Source of the DNA: a virus
Strand: one strand, 5' to 3'
DNA length: 64,000 nt
IMG/VR virus record: IMGVR_UViG_3300021602_000003
Span: 1 to 64,000 of that record
Shown here: in pieces, positions 18,382 through 27,029 of the stretch
How the letters are laid out: each line of letters opens with the position of its first letter
Position numbering within the stretch: the first letter of the stretch is position 1
Position numbers and translations under genes: made by a program
Notes under the pieces: generated by a model
Seen by the model: the letters and a program-made list of their open reading frames with translations, nothing else
What the model was told of the DNA's origin: nothing
Databases searched by the model: none

Positions 18382-19374
18382 TTGAAGAAACTATTAGCAA
18401 TTTTATTATCTACTGTCGCAATAACAGCAACAGCACAAGACATTACAGGAGCCGGTGCAACATTCCCGGCTCCTTTGTATTCAAAGTGGGCAGCGGCCTA
18501 TAACAAAGAAACCGGTGTTAAAGTAAACTATCAAAGCGTTGGTTCGGGCGCCGGCATCAAACAGATTGAGGGCAAGACTGTGGTATTTGGCGCAAGTGAT
18601 ATGCCACTCACCGATGATAAGTTAGCTGTAATGGGTCTATTCCAATTCCCGACAGTTATCGGTGGCGTTGTTCCCGTAGTTAATCTTAAAGGTATTAATC
18701 CCGGCGATATGAAACTAACCGGTACTGTTCTTGCTGACATTTACTTGGGTAAGATCAAGAAGTGGGACGATGCTGCTATCAGAGCACTGAATCCAACCCT
18801 TGCTCTACCGTCGATTGATATTATAGCGGTGCGTAGAGCGGATGGCAGCGGTACAACATTTATATGGACTAACTATCTAAGTAAGGTTAGCAAAGAGTTT
18901 AAAGATGTTGTAGGCGAAGGCACTGCGGTCAACTGGAGAGTCGGAGCAGGTGGTAAGGGCAATGAAGGTGTGGCAGCAATGGTCAAACAACTCGCTGGTT
19001 CTTTAGGTTATGTCGAATATGCTTATGTCAAGCAAAACAAGATGACTTATGTACAAGTTCAAAATGCCGCAGGTACATGGGTTGCTCCAGAAGAAGATGC
19101 GTTTAAGGCAGCAGCCGCTGGGGCAGATTGGAATAAGAGTTATTACCAAATTCTGACCAATCAAAGCGGTAAAGGTGCTTGGCCCATTAGTGGAGCAACA
19201 TTCATCCTCATCTATCAGAAGCCAGACAATGCTAATCAAGTTAAGGTGGCATTAAATTTCTTTGATTGGGCATTTACGAGTGGCGATAAAGCAGCAGACG
19301 AGTTAGACTATGTTGCACTACCTAAATCAGTAAAAGATAAGATTAGATCAGATTGGAAAAGACTTGGTATGTAA
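18382..19374 (+). CDS. pstS: Phosphate ABC transporter substrate-binding protein
   Basis: GAGATFPAPLY, YQSVGSGAG, FGASD, RADGSGTT, WPIS. Confidence 0.97.
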   Translation: MKKLLAILLSTVAITATAQDITGAGATFPAPLYSKWAAAYNKETGVKVNYQSVGSGAGIKQIEGKTVVFGASDMPLTDDKLAVMGLFQFPTVIGGVVPVVNLKGINPGDMKLTGTVLADIYLGKIKKWDDAAIRALNPTLALPSIDIIAVRRADGSGTTFIWTNYLSKVSKEFKDVVGEGTAVNWRVGAGGKGNEGVAAMVKQLAGSLGYVEYAYVKQNKMTYVQVQNAAGTWVAPEEDAFKAAAAGADWNKSYYQILTNQSGKGAWPISGATFILIYQKPDNANQVKVALNFFDWAFTSGDKAADELDYVALPKSVKDKIRSDWKRLGM

Positions 19375-19382
19375 ATGATAGG

Positions 19383-19411
19383 TTGACAGTTCTAAAATAT
19401 TATAATACAAT
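19383..19411 (+). promoter_or_regulatory. Sigma70 promoter
   Basis: TTGACA-17-TACAAT. Confidence 0.65.
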
Positions 19412-19472
19412 TAAGGCTGAGATAAATAAACGCTCGCACTTTAAAACGGTGTAAAACAAAAGGAAATATACA

Positions 19473-19934
19473 ATGAAGAAATTAGCAATTATCGCAATCT
19501 TAGCAACAGCAGCAGTAGCAGCATCGGCAACTGACTTAGGACTCCGTGTGGGTCGTGTAGCGGGTGCAGAAACATCTGTGGTTGGCGTAGCAACAGAAGG
19601 CGTAACATTGGGACAAAAATTCGGTACATTTGGTGCTGAAGTTGCATATGATCGTGCATTAGTTGGCGCTTCCAGCCTAAGCCGTTACAGCTTGGTTGGC
19701 ACATACGATGTAGCAAAGGTTGCAGTAGCAACAGTAACAGCAAAAGCCGGCGGCGTATTTATTGACCCGACAGTAGGTGCAAACGGTTATGCTGCATTAG
19801 TTGGCGTCGGTGCATCTTATCCACTCACGAAGAATGTCAGTCTTGTTGCCGACTATGCTTATCAGGTAGGACAAGACCGCGTTAAGTTATTTAATGGAAA
19901 TGTTGTATCTATCGGTACAAAGTATTCGTTCTAA
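19473..19934 (+). CDS. Outer-membrane beta-barrel protein (OmpA/Ail-like)
   Basis: Signal peptide, amphipathic strands, C-terminal G-x-x-Y-x-F. Confidence 0.8.
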   Translation: MKKLAIIAILATAAVAASATDLGLRVGRVAGAETSVVGVATEGVTLGQKFGTFGAEVAYDRALVGASSLSRYSLVGTYDVAKVAVATVTAKAGGVFIDPTVGANGYAALVGVGASYPLTKNVSLVADYAYQVGQDRVKLFNGNVVSIGTKYSF

Positions 19935-19949
19935 ATAAAGACACGCAAT

Positions 19950-19971
19950 AAAGGGACTTCGGTCCCTTTTC
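19950..19971 (+). terminator. Intrinsic terminator
   Basis: AAAGGGAC-TTCG-GTCCCTTTT. Confidence 0.85.
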
Positions 19972-20096
19972 TGTTGAGTACTTACCGATAAAAAGGTAAA
20001 TACTTGTGTAATAATATTAATTGACTTAAATCAATGGGCATCTAGTCAATGTGCCGTTTAAACTATTGTTACTTCTAATTAATTTAAGGAGTAATA

Positions 20097-20660
20097 ATGA
20101 TAAAATTCTATGTATACGCTTATTTGCGTAGTAAAGATTCAACAACAGCAAACGCAGGAACACCATATTATATTGGTAAGGGGTCTGACGACCGTGCATA
20201 TAAGAAAGGTAAGCACGAACATATACAACCACCTAATGACAATTTAATATTATTCTTAGAGAAAAATCTTACAGAATTAGGCGCTTTCGCATTAGAGCGG
20301 AGAATGATACGATGGTATGGCAGGATTAATAACGGAACAGGTATCTTACGAAATAAAACAGACGGCGGCGAAGGCACTTCGGGTTATAAACAATCACACG
20401 ATCATATTGCTAAGAGGTGTAAAAAGAGAATTATATACACTGAAGAAATTCGAACATATACTTGTGTGTGTTGTGGTATATTATTTGAAAGAAAAGTTAT
20501 TACAGGAGGTAAACGCATTCTACATACTCCGAGGCATTGTTCTGCATCTTGTTGTAATAAGATGCGTATTATGGATATATCTAAATGTAGTCATTGCGGT
20601 GTTGATATGCGGCCGTGTAATCTACAAAAACATCTACGAGCCTGCCTACGTGATAAATAA
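20097..20660 (+). CDS. GIY-YIG-like homing endonuclease
   Basis: FYVYAYLR...PYYIGKG...RA...[10 protein letters not shown]; C-terminal Cys clusters. Confidence 0.8.
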   Translation: MIKFYVYAYLRSKDSTTANAGTPYYIGKGSDDRAYKKGKHEHIQPPNDNLILFLEKNLTELGAFALERRMIRWYGRINNGTGILRNKTDGGEGTSGYKQSHDHIAKRCKKRIIYTEEIRTYTCVCCGILFERKVITGGKRILHTPRHCSASCCNKMRIMDISKCSHCGVDMRPCNLQKHLRACLRDK

Positions 20661-20734
20661 GTTTGCTACATAGGGTAGCACCTAACAGAACTGAAACTTC
20701 GAGCACTTGTTCTGTGTGCTGTATAAAGGAAAAC

Positions 20735-21604
20735 ATGAACATGATAAACAATCAGCTGGCCGTGGCAATAAAACATAACGGCAAAATCCTTAGAGAAACA
20801 AAAGACTTAGTACACTTGCCTTACGGCAGTGAATTTAGCGTTTTAGTTAAAAATCTCAACTCTAAACGGGCAAAATTTACTCTGCACATTGACGGTACAG
20901 ATGTACTAGACGGCGAAGAAATTATTGTCAACGGGAACTCGGAAGTCGACATAAAGCGATTTATTCGAAACGGTAATATGAATGAAGGTAACGCCTTTAA
21001 ATTCATAGAAAGAACACAAGCAATTGAAGACGGACCGCGTGGCGTAAAAGTCGACGACGGGATTGTTCGTGTTGAATTTTGGTTTGAACAAGATCAAGCC
21101 GAAATTAAGATTAACGACATTTATTGGGATAAGCACCACTATCGTGATTATTATCACCAACCATATAGGTGGCCCGATATAGTTGGTACAACACGTTACG
21201 GAAACGATTATTCGAAAGGCATTAGCGGTGCGAGCGGGTCTGCTGGGACATTCGGCGATGCACAGTATATGAATACATCGTGTGCGTCGGCACTTAGTAG
21301 GGGTATAGTAAATCAGGTATCGGTCGGAAACCTGCAGGCAACTGCATCATCGGTTCCTGTGAGTGATGTGGGTATTACAGTACCCGGTTCGAAGGTAGAT
21401 CAAAAATTTACACCAGTATATGGTTTTAAATCAGAACTCAATTCGCATGTTATTATTATCAGAATGGCAGGTATGGTAGGTACAGTCGAGGTAGTAGCAC
21501 CGATTACGGTTAAGACAAAACAGAAGTGTTCGACCTGCGCCCGTATCAATAAGGCAACATCCGCCTTTTGTAGCGGTTGCGGAACCTCGCTTAATATAGT
21601 ATAA
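20735..21604 (+). CDS. Hypothetical protein with C-terminal Zn ribbon
   Basis: AAGGA SD before ATG 20735; CSTC...FCSGCG. Confidence 0.65.
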   Translation: MNMINNQLAVAIKHNGKILRETKDLVHLPYGSEFSVLVKNLNSKRAKFTLHIDGTDVLDGEEIIVNGNSEVDIKRFIRNGNMNEGNAFKFIERTQAIEDGPRGVKVDDGIVRVEFWFEQDQAEIKINDIYWDKHHYRDYYHQPYRWPDIVGTTRYGNDYSKGISGASGSAGTFGDAQYMNTSCASALSRGIVNQVSVGNLQATASSVPVSDVGITVPGSKVDQKFTPVYGFKSELNSHVIIIRMAGMVGTVEVVAPITVKTKQKCSTCARINKATSAFCSGCGTSLNIV

Positions 21605-21621
21605 TTTAAGCACTGAGACAC

Positions 21622-21868
21622 ACAAATAAACATATACCAAAGTAGCATAAAGAATGCGCTGCGAAAGCAGAGAGCCTGGCAAGAGCATTACCGGTAAGGA
21701 AATCTATGTTTATTTGTATCATCAGTATTTTTATCTATCAAGTATAGAGGTGTGTTATATACTGAGTACGGGGACGCCTGGAAATGAGTGGCTACTTGAT
21801 AGATAAACATGTATTGAGTATAATAGTGTATGTGCATGCCTGTCTTTGAAACAGGAGGATCTACTCAA
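21622..21868 (+). ncRNA. Array of three stem-closed candidate RNAs
   Basis: 13-bp (21622-34/21705-17), 15-bp (21730-44/21793-807) and 7-bp (21814-20/21862-68) perfect inverted repeats with internal hairpins. Confidence 0.45.
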
Positions 21869-21903
21869 CAGATAAATATAGTTACAACTTAAAAGGAGGT
21901 AAT

Positions 21904-21936
21904 ATGAAATAGATATTAAATAATGGTCCGCCATAA
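21904..21936 (+). other. Minigene AUG-AAA-UAG; amber readthrough gives MK-x-ILNNGPP-stop
   Basis: GATAAATA at 21871, AAGGAGGT SD at 21893-21900, ATG AAA TAG ATA TTA AAT AAT GGT CCG CCA TAA. Confidence 0.6.
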
Positions 21937-21997
21937 AATTAATCAAACGGTTAGTTAGAATAAACAAATTTGATTACATTTTATAAGGACAACAATC

Positions 21998-22366
21998 ATG
22001 AATTTCATTATCAATAAAGAAGAGTATTTAAAATTAATTGCCGCATGGAAAACTATTCCAAATCGCAATGCACAATATCACATTCTATACAATGTGCTCA
22101 GGGGATTTGACCTTAAACGCGGTTTTAGCCCAATACAAAAACAAAGTAAGTTATCGAACGGTGCAACAGAATGGCAGGCATTCGATACCGCCAAAAAAGA
22201 AGTCTGGTGGCTACTACGCGAACCGACCTTTTATGATGGCGATTCTGCAGATAGAAGAGTAAGAAAAGAGCAAGAATTAAAAGATCGAATTAAATTTTTA
22301 AGTGAAAAATTCGGCATCACATTCACAGCTGAACTATTAGCAGCACTCAGGGAATTGCTCAAATGA
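21998..22366 (+). CDS. Hypothetical protein
   Basis: AAGGA SD; coupled to the next gene by ATGA. Confidence 0.7.
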   Translation: MNFIINKEEYLKLIAAWKTIPNRNAQYHILYNVLRGFDLKRGFSPIQKQSKLSNGATEWQAFDTAKKEVWWLLREPTFYDGDSADRRVRKEQELKDRIKFLSEKFGITFTAELLAALRELLK

Positions 22367-22689
22367 ACACATACATATACACTTTTATCCGGGAGGATAT
22401 TTCACCCGCTCAAAAGATTGTGCAACTCGGTCATGCTTGCCATGAAGCAGGTAAATTATTAAATCAATGGGAACATAAACATACATCGAGTTTGATTTTA
22501 TTATCTGCTAAAGATGAGGATGATTTATTAGATATCGCTGCAAGGATCGATCGGGCAGGTATTCTGTTCTGTATGTTTTATGAGCCCGATAATAATATGG
22601 GTTATAGTGCAATTTGTACCAGGCCCGTAAGTAGTACAAGGGAACGAGCATTCTTTCAGAAGTGGGATCTGTATAAACCTGCTGATTGA
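22363..22689 (+). CDS. Peptidyl-tRNA hydrolase 2 (Pth2)-like protein
   Basis: YTFIREDIS..QKIVQLGHA, LILL..KDE..L, FYEPD...SAICTRP. Confidence 0.65.
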   Translation: MNTYIYTFIREDISPAQKIVQLGHACHEAGKLLNQWEHKHTSSLILLSAKDEDDLLDIAARIDRAGILFCMFYEPDNNMGYSAICTRPVSSTRERAFFQKWDLYKPAD

Positions 22690-22714
22690 CAATAAATAAA
22701 TGTGCCTGTAAAAT
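22686..22714 (+). promoter_or_regulatory. Sigma70 promoter
   Basis: TTGACA-17-TAAAAT. Confidence 0.65.
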
Positions 22715-22796
22715 GGCACATACGCGGTATTATCTAGCTGAAGTTTGGATTTTAGATAAATACATTATAGGGTCTATAACTCAGCTAGGTGATATT

Positions 22797-23360
22797 ATGT
22801 TAAAATGTATATGTGGAAAAGAATTCGAAACTTACCGACAATTAAATGGTCATAAGAGTGTCCATAGTCGTGGTGAGGACTATACGAATAGCAGGAAAAA
22901 AGAAATAAAGACTTACAATTGTAGGTATTGTGGAAAGACCAATAAGATTAGCATACATAACCATAATATCTATTGTAATAATAGATGTCAGGGCGACTAT
23001 ACATGGAAATTAACTAAAGAAAAAATAGAAAACGGAACGCGCCCTGCTAATAAGAAGTATATAATAGAAAAATTTGGAAATACCTGCTCTGAATGTGGAT
23101 TAGGTAATATATGGAACGGAAGAGAATTAAGTCTTCAGCTGGACCATATCGATGGCAACAGCGATAATAATGATATCAATAATTTAAGAATATTATGTCC
23201 TAATTGTCATACGCAAACTGATACATTTGGTAGTAAACGTAATGGTTCCGGTATCAAGAAGATTACAAAAAGAAATATGTATTTAAGAAATTATCAATCA
23301 TCTGAAATTATTGGAATAAGAACTGCGACTGAAGCTGATAGGAATAGCAAGGATCTCTAA
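22797..23360 (+). CDS. HNH homing endonuclease overlapping the CUA tRNA
   Basis: CSECG...LQLDHIDGN..NN..NNLRILCPNCH; stop codon lies in the tRNA anticodon loop. Confidence 0.85.
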   Translation: MLKCICGKEFETYRQLNGHKSVHSRGEDYTNSRKKEIKTYNCRYCGKTNKISIHNHNIYCNNRCQGDYTWKLTKEKIENGTRPANKKYIIEKFGNTCSECGLGNIWNGRELSLQLDHIDGNSDNNDINNLRILCPNCHTQTDTFGSKRNGSGIKKITKRNMYLRNYQSSEIIGIRTATEADRNSKDL

Positions 23361-23398
23361 AATTCTGATAGTGGGTTCAATTCCCACCCGTCGCACCA
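23325..23398 (+). tRNA. Amber-suppressor-type tRNA (anticodon CUA)
   Basis: GCGACTG/CCGTCGC acceptor, GCT/AGC D stem, AGGAT-CTCTAAA-ATTCT, GTGGG-TTCAATT-CCCAC, ACCA. Confidence 0.8.
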
Positions 23399-23406
23399 AT
23401 TTTATT

Positions 23407-23586
23407 ATGAACGAAACCATTAAGTATATAGACTGTCCGGAATGCCGTGGGGGTGGTGAGCAAATGATTGCCAGGATGTTTCCAACCGGGCATACAGAAT
23501 GTTGGGAACCTTGTGAGTTCTGTGATGGCGAGGGCAAATTCGAAGAAGCTGATTATTTAATATTAAAGTTAGAAGGCAAAGTATGA
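23407..23586 (+). CDS. Small DnaJ-type Zn-finger protein
   Basis: CPECRGGG and CEFCDGEG. Confidence 0.65.
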   Translation: MNETIKYIDCPECRGGGEQMIARMFPTGHTECWEPCEFCDGEGKFEEADYLILKLEGKV

Positions 23587-23774
23587 GAATAACATCAAAT
23601 TTCACCGATGAACGTGATAAGCTGAATAAACTTATTGATGATACAAATGCTCCTATTAAGAATCGTATTTTATCTCTATGTCAACTTTATCGATGGTATC
23701 AGGGTGATGTTCATATGCAGGCAAGGACTATAACACGGATCGAAGATCTTATCAGATTAGATGAATACAAATAA
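23583..23774 (+). CDS. Hypothetical protein
   Basis: Overlaps both neighbours in operon fashion. Confidence 0.5.
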   Translation: MRITSNFTDERDKLNKLIDDTNAPIKNRILSLCQLYRWYQGDVHMQARTITRIEDLIRLDEYK

Positions 23775-24507
23775 AATCAAAATACTATTGATAGGCGATA
23801 ATTGTATCGATATATACCAGTACGGTACGGTAGATCGTATTAGTCCCGAAGCACCTGTACCTGTATTTAAGTTTAGTCACGAAGAATGTCGACCCGGGAT
23901 GGCTGGCAATGTTTATAATAACTTATTGGCGCTGGGCTGCGATGTTCATTTTTTACATATCGATACCAGTACTAAAACACGATTAGTAGATATACGTAGT
24001 AGACAACATATTGTACGAATAGATAATGATAAGGTATCGACACCACTAAGTATTGATGAAATACTGCCTTTTAAGTATGATATTATTGTTATTAGTGATT
24101 ATGATAAAGGAACAATAAGTTACGAATTAATAGAAGAATTACGTGTAAAATTTACAGGTCCTATATTTATCGATACAAAGAAGAAAGATTTAGCTCGACT
24201 CGAAGGATGTGTTATTAAAATTAACTTATATGAATCTAATTTACTTATTAGTCGGCCTACAAGAAGTGCTGATATGATTATTACACTCGGCGATTGTGGC
24301 GCTGAGTGGAATGGTACACATTTTCCTGCTGTTAGGGTAGCTGTTTCGGATGTCTGCGGAGCAGGTGATACATTTTTATCAGCACTGGTGTATAAATATA
24401 TCGAGACTAACGATATGGGGCAGTCTATTCAGTTTGCTATACGGGCGAGCGCAATTACAGTGCAGCATTTAGGATGTTATGCACCCAGACTTAACGAAAT
24501 AATCTAA
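23761..24507 (+). CDS. HldE/RfaE-like heptose-7-phosphate kinase (PfkB family)
   Basis: RISPEAPVPV, SDYDKG, DVCGAGDTF. Confidence 0.85.
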   Translation: MNTNKIKILLIGDNCIDIYQYGTVDRISPEAPVPVFKFSHEECRPGMAGNVYNNLLALGCDVHFLHIDTSTKTRLVDIRSRQHIVRIDNDKVSTPLSIDEILPFKYDIIVISDYDKGTISYELIEELRVKFTGPIFIDTKKKDLARLEGCVIKINLYESNLLISRPTRSADMIITLGDCGAEWNGTHFPAVRVAVSDVCGAGDTFLSALVYKYIETNDMGQSIQFAIRASAITVQHLGCYAPRLNEII

Positions 24508-24511
24508 TTGT

Positions 24512-24970
24512 ATGACACGCATTAATTTAGTTACTGTAGAGAATCTTGCCGATCAGCATTTATTTGCCGAGTGGCGCGAGATTAAAATGGTTCCAGCAGC
24601 ATTACGTAGATCATTGCGTACAAAATCTATTCAGACTATTCTGGAGAGCATACCTGGCAGATACACGCTTAATACCGGCCATGTTACATTCTTCTATAAT
24701 AAGATGAAATTTCTTACTGAAAGATATAAATTGCTTACAGAAGAACTTGTCAGACGCGAATATAACATAAACGGTGATCCCGATTTTAGATATTTCCTCG
24801 GTGATCTACCGGTCGAATTCAGTCAATCAGATTGGCTACCAGATAAAAAAGAAGTAGATATAAATATAGAGAGAATCTCTGCACGTATAAGTGAAAAACC
24901 CGAATGGTACAGGTACTATGGTAAAAGAGTTATAGAAGGTTATTTCGACAGCATGTATAAAATATTATGA
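24512..24970 (+). CDS. denV: Endonuclease V pyrimidine-dimer glycosylase
   Basis: MTRINLV...LADQHLFAEWRE...LNTGHVTFFYNK...KPEWYRY. Confidence 0.92.
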   Translation: MTRINLVTVENLADQHLFAEWREIKMVPAALRRSLRTKSIQTILESIPGRYTLNTGHVTFFYNKMKFLTERYKLLTEELVRREYNINGDPDFRYFLGDLPVEFSQSDWLPDKKEVDINIERISARISEKPEWYRYYGKRVIEGYFDSMYKIL

Positions 24971-25359
24971 GAGTAGGATTTACAGGCACCAGACAAGGAA
25001 TGAGTCAATCCCAAAAAGAGCAATTTGTTCTTAAGTTATTTGAACTTGGTCCAACGGAATTCCATCATGGTGATTGTAAAGGTGCCGATGCCGAAGCACA
25101 CGATATCGTTAGAGAATTTTTTCCCGAAGTACATATTGTTGTTCATCCGCCGGAATTAACTTATACTCAGGCATTTAAACAAGGTGACGAACACCGAGTT
25201 CCTGGATCATATATAGATCGCGACAGGGATATTGTTGATGATACCGAATATCTAATTGGCGCACCACTAACAACTAACGAAATTGTTCGTAGCGGATCGT
25301 GGACAACAATTCGTTATGCAAGAAAAACAAAGAAACCGTATACGGTGTTGGGGAGATAA
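24967..25359 (+). CDS. SLOG-superfamily protein
   Basis: VGFTGTR, HHGDCKGAD, RDRDIVD, SGSWTT. Confidence 0.7.
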   Translation: MRVGFTGTRQGMSQSQKEQFVLKLFELGPTEFHHGDCKGADAEAHDIVREFFPEVHIVVHPPELTYTQAFKQGDEHRVPGSYIDRDRDIVDDTEYLIGAPLTTNEIVRSGSWTTIRYARKTKKPYTVLGR

Positions 25360-25568
25360 TGTCGTATTATGAATGGGACGTAGATAATATGTCCATTATT
25401 ATTAAGGCTGGTTTGGAAGTAGTTATGACAATATCTGTATATGAAGTCGTAGAAAGTTGCAAAAGAAAAGATATAATGCGTCATGTTAAAGAGTGTGATC
25501 GCTCGCCCTGGTTAAAGAATTGGGGTGCGGATGATGAAATAATTGATAAACTTAAAGGAATAAGATGA
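25359..25568 (+). CDS. Hypothetical protein
   Basis: TAATG coupling and GGAG SD. Confidence 0.5.
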   Translation: MSYYEWDVDNMSIIIKAGLEVVMTISVYEVVESCKRKDIMRHVKECDRSPWLKNWGADDEIIDKLKGIR

Positions 25569-25747
25569 ATAAATCGTGGACAGTAACAATCGAAGAAGAT
25601 GAAGAAGGTAATGCAGTATTACCTTTGCCAAAAGAGATGGTAGACGAGTTAGGCTGGTTGGTAGATGATATTCTTGATATGGATATTGACGGCGAAACAG
25701 TTATTATTAAGAATATTACTTGCGAAGAGCGTAAGAAAGTAGTATAA
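25565..25747 (+). CDS. AbrB/MazE-like small DNA-binding protein
   Basis: GNAVLPLPKEMVDELGW..DD.L. Confidence 0.65.
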   Translation: MNKSWTVTIEEDEEGNAVLPLPKEMVDELGWLVDDILDMDIDGETVIIKNITCEERKKVV

Positions 25748-25749
25748 TG

Positions 25750-26200
25750 AATCTTGGGGATGGTACATCGAAGGATGCCCCAATGCCTTGTCCGGGACTA
25801 TGGGCTGGTGATTACTGCCATTTCAGTAATGGATCCTACACCCAGAAAGTAGGCGGTTACGCTTTTAACCGGAGTCTGATAAATCCGCCTAATTGTACAT
25901 AATGGACGGTGGAGCAATACGCTCGTAAATATATCAGGACACAGATTTACCATCTATAGCACTAATTTATAGGTAAAAGGCAGTCAAGAAAGAGATACAG
26001 CCGGTGGAACATATGGGCAGAAAGATAAATCTCAACCCATCCTATGTTGACCTATCTTACGGTATCTCCTCCCGAGTGTCGGGAAAATGGACAGAAAAGT
26101 TATATAGCAGTAGAAATATAACGTATAGTGTGATAGATTTGGCAAACCGTTTGAGTCACACTTTGTAGCTATGATGACCGATTAGCAAGACACTCACCTA
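25750..26200 (+). ncRNA. Candidate large (~450 nt) structured RNA
   Basis: No ORF of 60 aa or more, GC-elevated, many nested stems. Confidence 0.55.
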
Positions 26201-26218
26201 ATTTATTATAAATACAAT

Positions 26219-26584
26219 ATGAAAATACATTACGAAGACGAATACGGAACTAAATTATATTGGGGTAGCGAAGAAGCATTTCCTCCCATGCCCGGAGATA
26301 TGGTTGTTATTAGTGGCGAAGAATGGATTGTTAAACACCGTTCATTCATACCAGAAGAGCAGACTATTATTGTACTCGTAACAGAGAATATTGCCAGAGT
26401 GCGTCATTCAGAAAATTCCGAAACCGGTAGACTGCGAGAGGTGCAAAATGCTATAGTAGCAGTGAATAAGCGGCAGGATGCATCTGATAAGAAGTCTCGT
26501 TCGCTTAATGAGCAAATCGGCTCTATAAGAAAAAATATTAATCAGCGTACACAACGCGAAAATAAAGAAAGAAAAGATATATGA
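26219..26584 (+). CDS. Hypothetical protein
   Basis: TATAAATA late promoter upstream. Confidence 0.65.
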   Translation: MKIHYEDEYGTKLYWGSEEAFPPMPGDMVVISGEEWIVKHRSFIPEEQTIIVLVTENIARVRHSENSETGRLREVQNAIVAVNKRQDASDKKSRSLNEQIGSIRKNINQRTQRENKERKDI

Positions 26585-26781
26585 CACCTGATAAGAATTT
26601 TAGACTTTCCAAGCGCGCCAAAACGCAAATTGCATTACTCTGCAAATCGAACGAAGATCGTGGGCATTATAAATATCTAATGATTCAGGGTGAATTGGCA
26701 GAAGCGGCTGCTCGCCGCCAGGCCTTAAAATCTAAGACACCTAATCTGCGGAATAAAGATCCTCTTGCTCTGGCAGAATAA
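26581..26781 (+). CDS. Hypothetical basic protein
   Basis: ATGA overlap. Confidence 0.6.
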   Translation: MTPDKNFRLSKRAKTQIALLCKSNEDRGHYKYLMIQGELAEAAARRQALKSKTPNLRNKDPLALAE

Positions 26782-26864
26782 AGAATATAGAGTATGCGTG
26801 ATGTGGCCTAAATGAAGACACATCGGCCCAGATATATTATTATAACAATATACCTACTCTTTTT

Positions 26865-26939
26865 GCCCGTTTGGCTCAGTGGTAAAGCATCTCTTTGGTA
26901 AAGAGAAGATCCCGAGTTCGATTCTCGGAATGGGCACCA
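26865..26939 (+). tRNA. tRNA-Thr(GGU)
   Basis: TCTCT-TTGGTAA-AGAGA, CCGAG-TTCGATT-CTCGG, ACCA. Confidence 0.92.
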
Positions 26940-27029
26940 TTAACTACTCACTTCCATTATTGTCTATATAAAGATAAATATTGCCATAATATGGTACTTT
27001 TACCTGTTATAGTAAATAGGCAGAGTGCG

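Noticed and set aside
23325-23398. tRNA-Pyl
   Set aside because: It has a normal 5-bp anticodon stem, GG in the D loop and a TTC T loop; no pyl genes are seen.
23399-23460. HDV-like theta ribozyme after the suppressor tRNA
   Set aside because: The sequence goes straight into an AT-rich gene start with no nested pseudoknot pairing.
25750-26200. RNase P RNA
   Set aside because: The P4 consensus (GAGGAAAGUCC ... CGGCUUA) was not found.
26790-26860. Seventh CAGCAA-family unit before tRNA-Thr(GGU)
   Set aside because: It has AGAGTA/TACTCT and GATGTG/CACATC stems but no CAGCAA-like motif, so it cannot be assigned to the family.
26895-27029. Upstream extensions of ORFs at 26895, 23371, 22686, 20663, 5031 and 4555
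   Set aside because: They run through tRNAs, promoters or neighbouring genes; downstream ATGs fit SD, late-promoter or coupling signals better.
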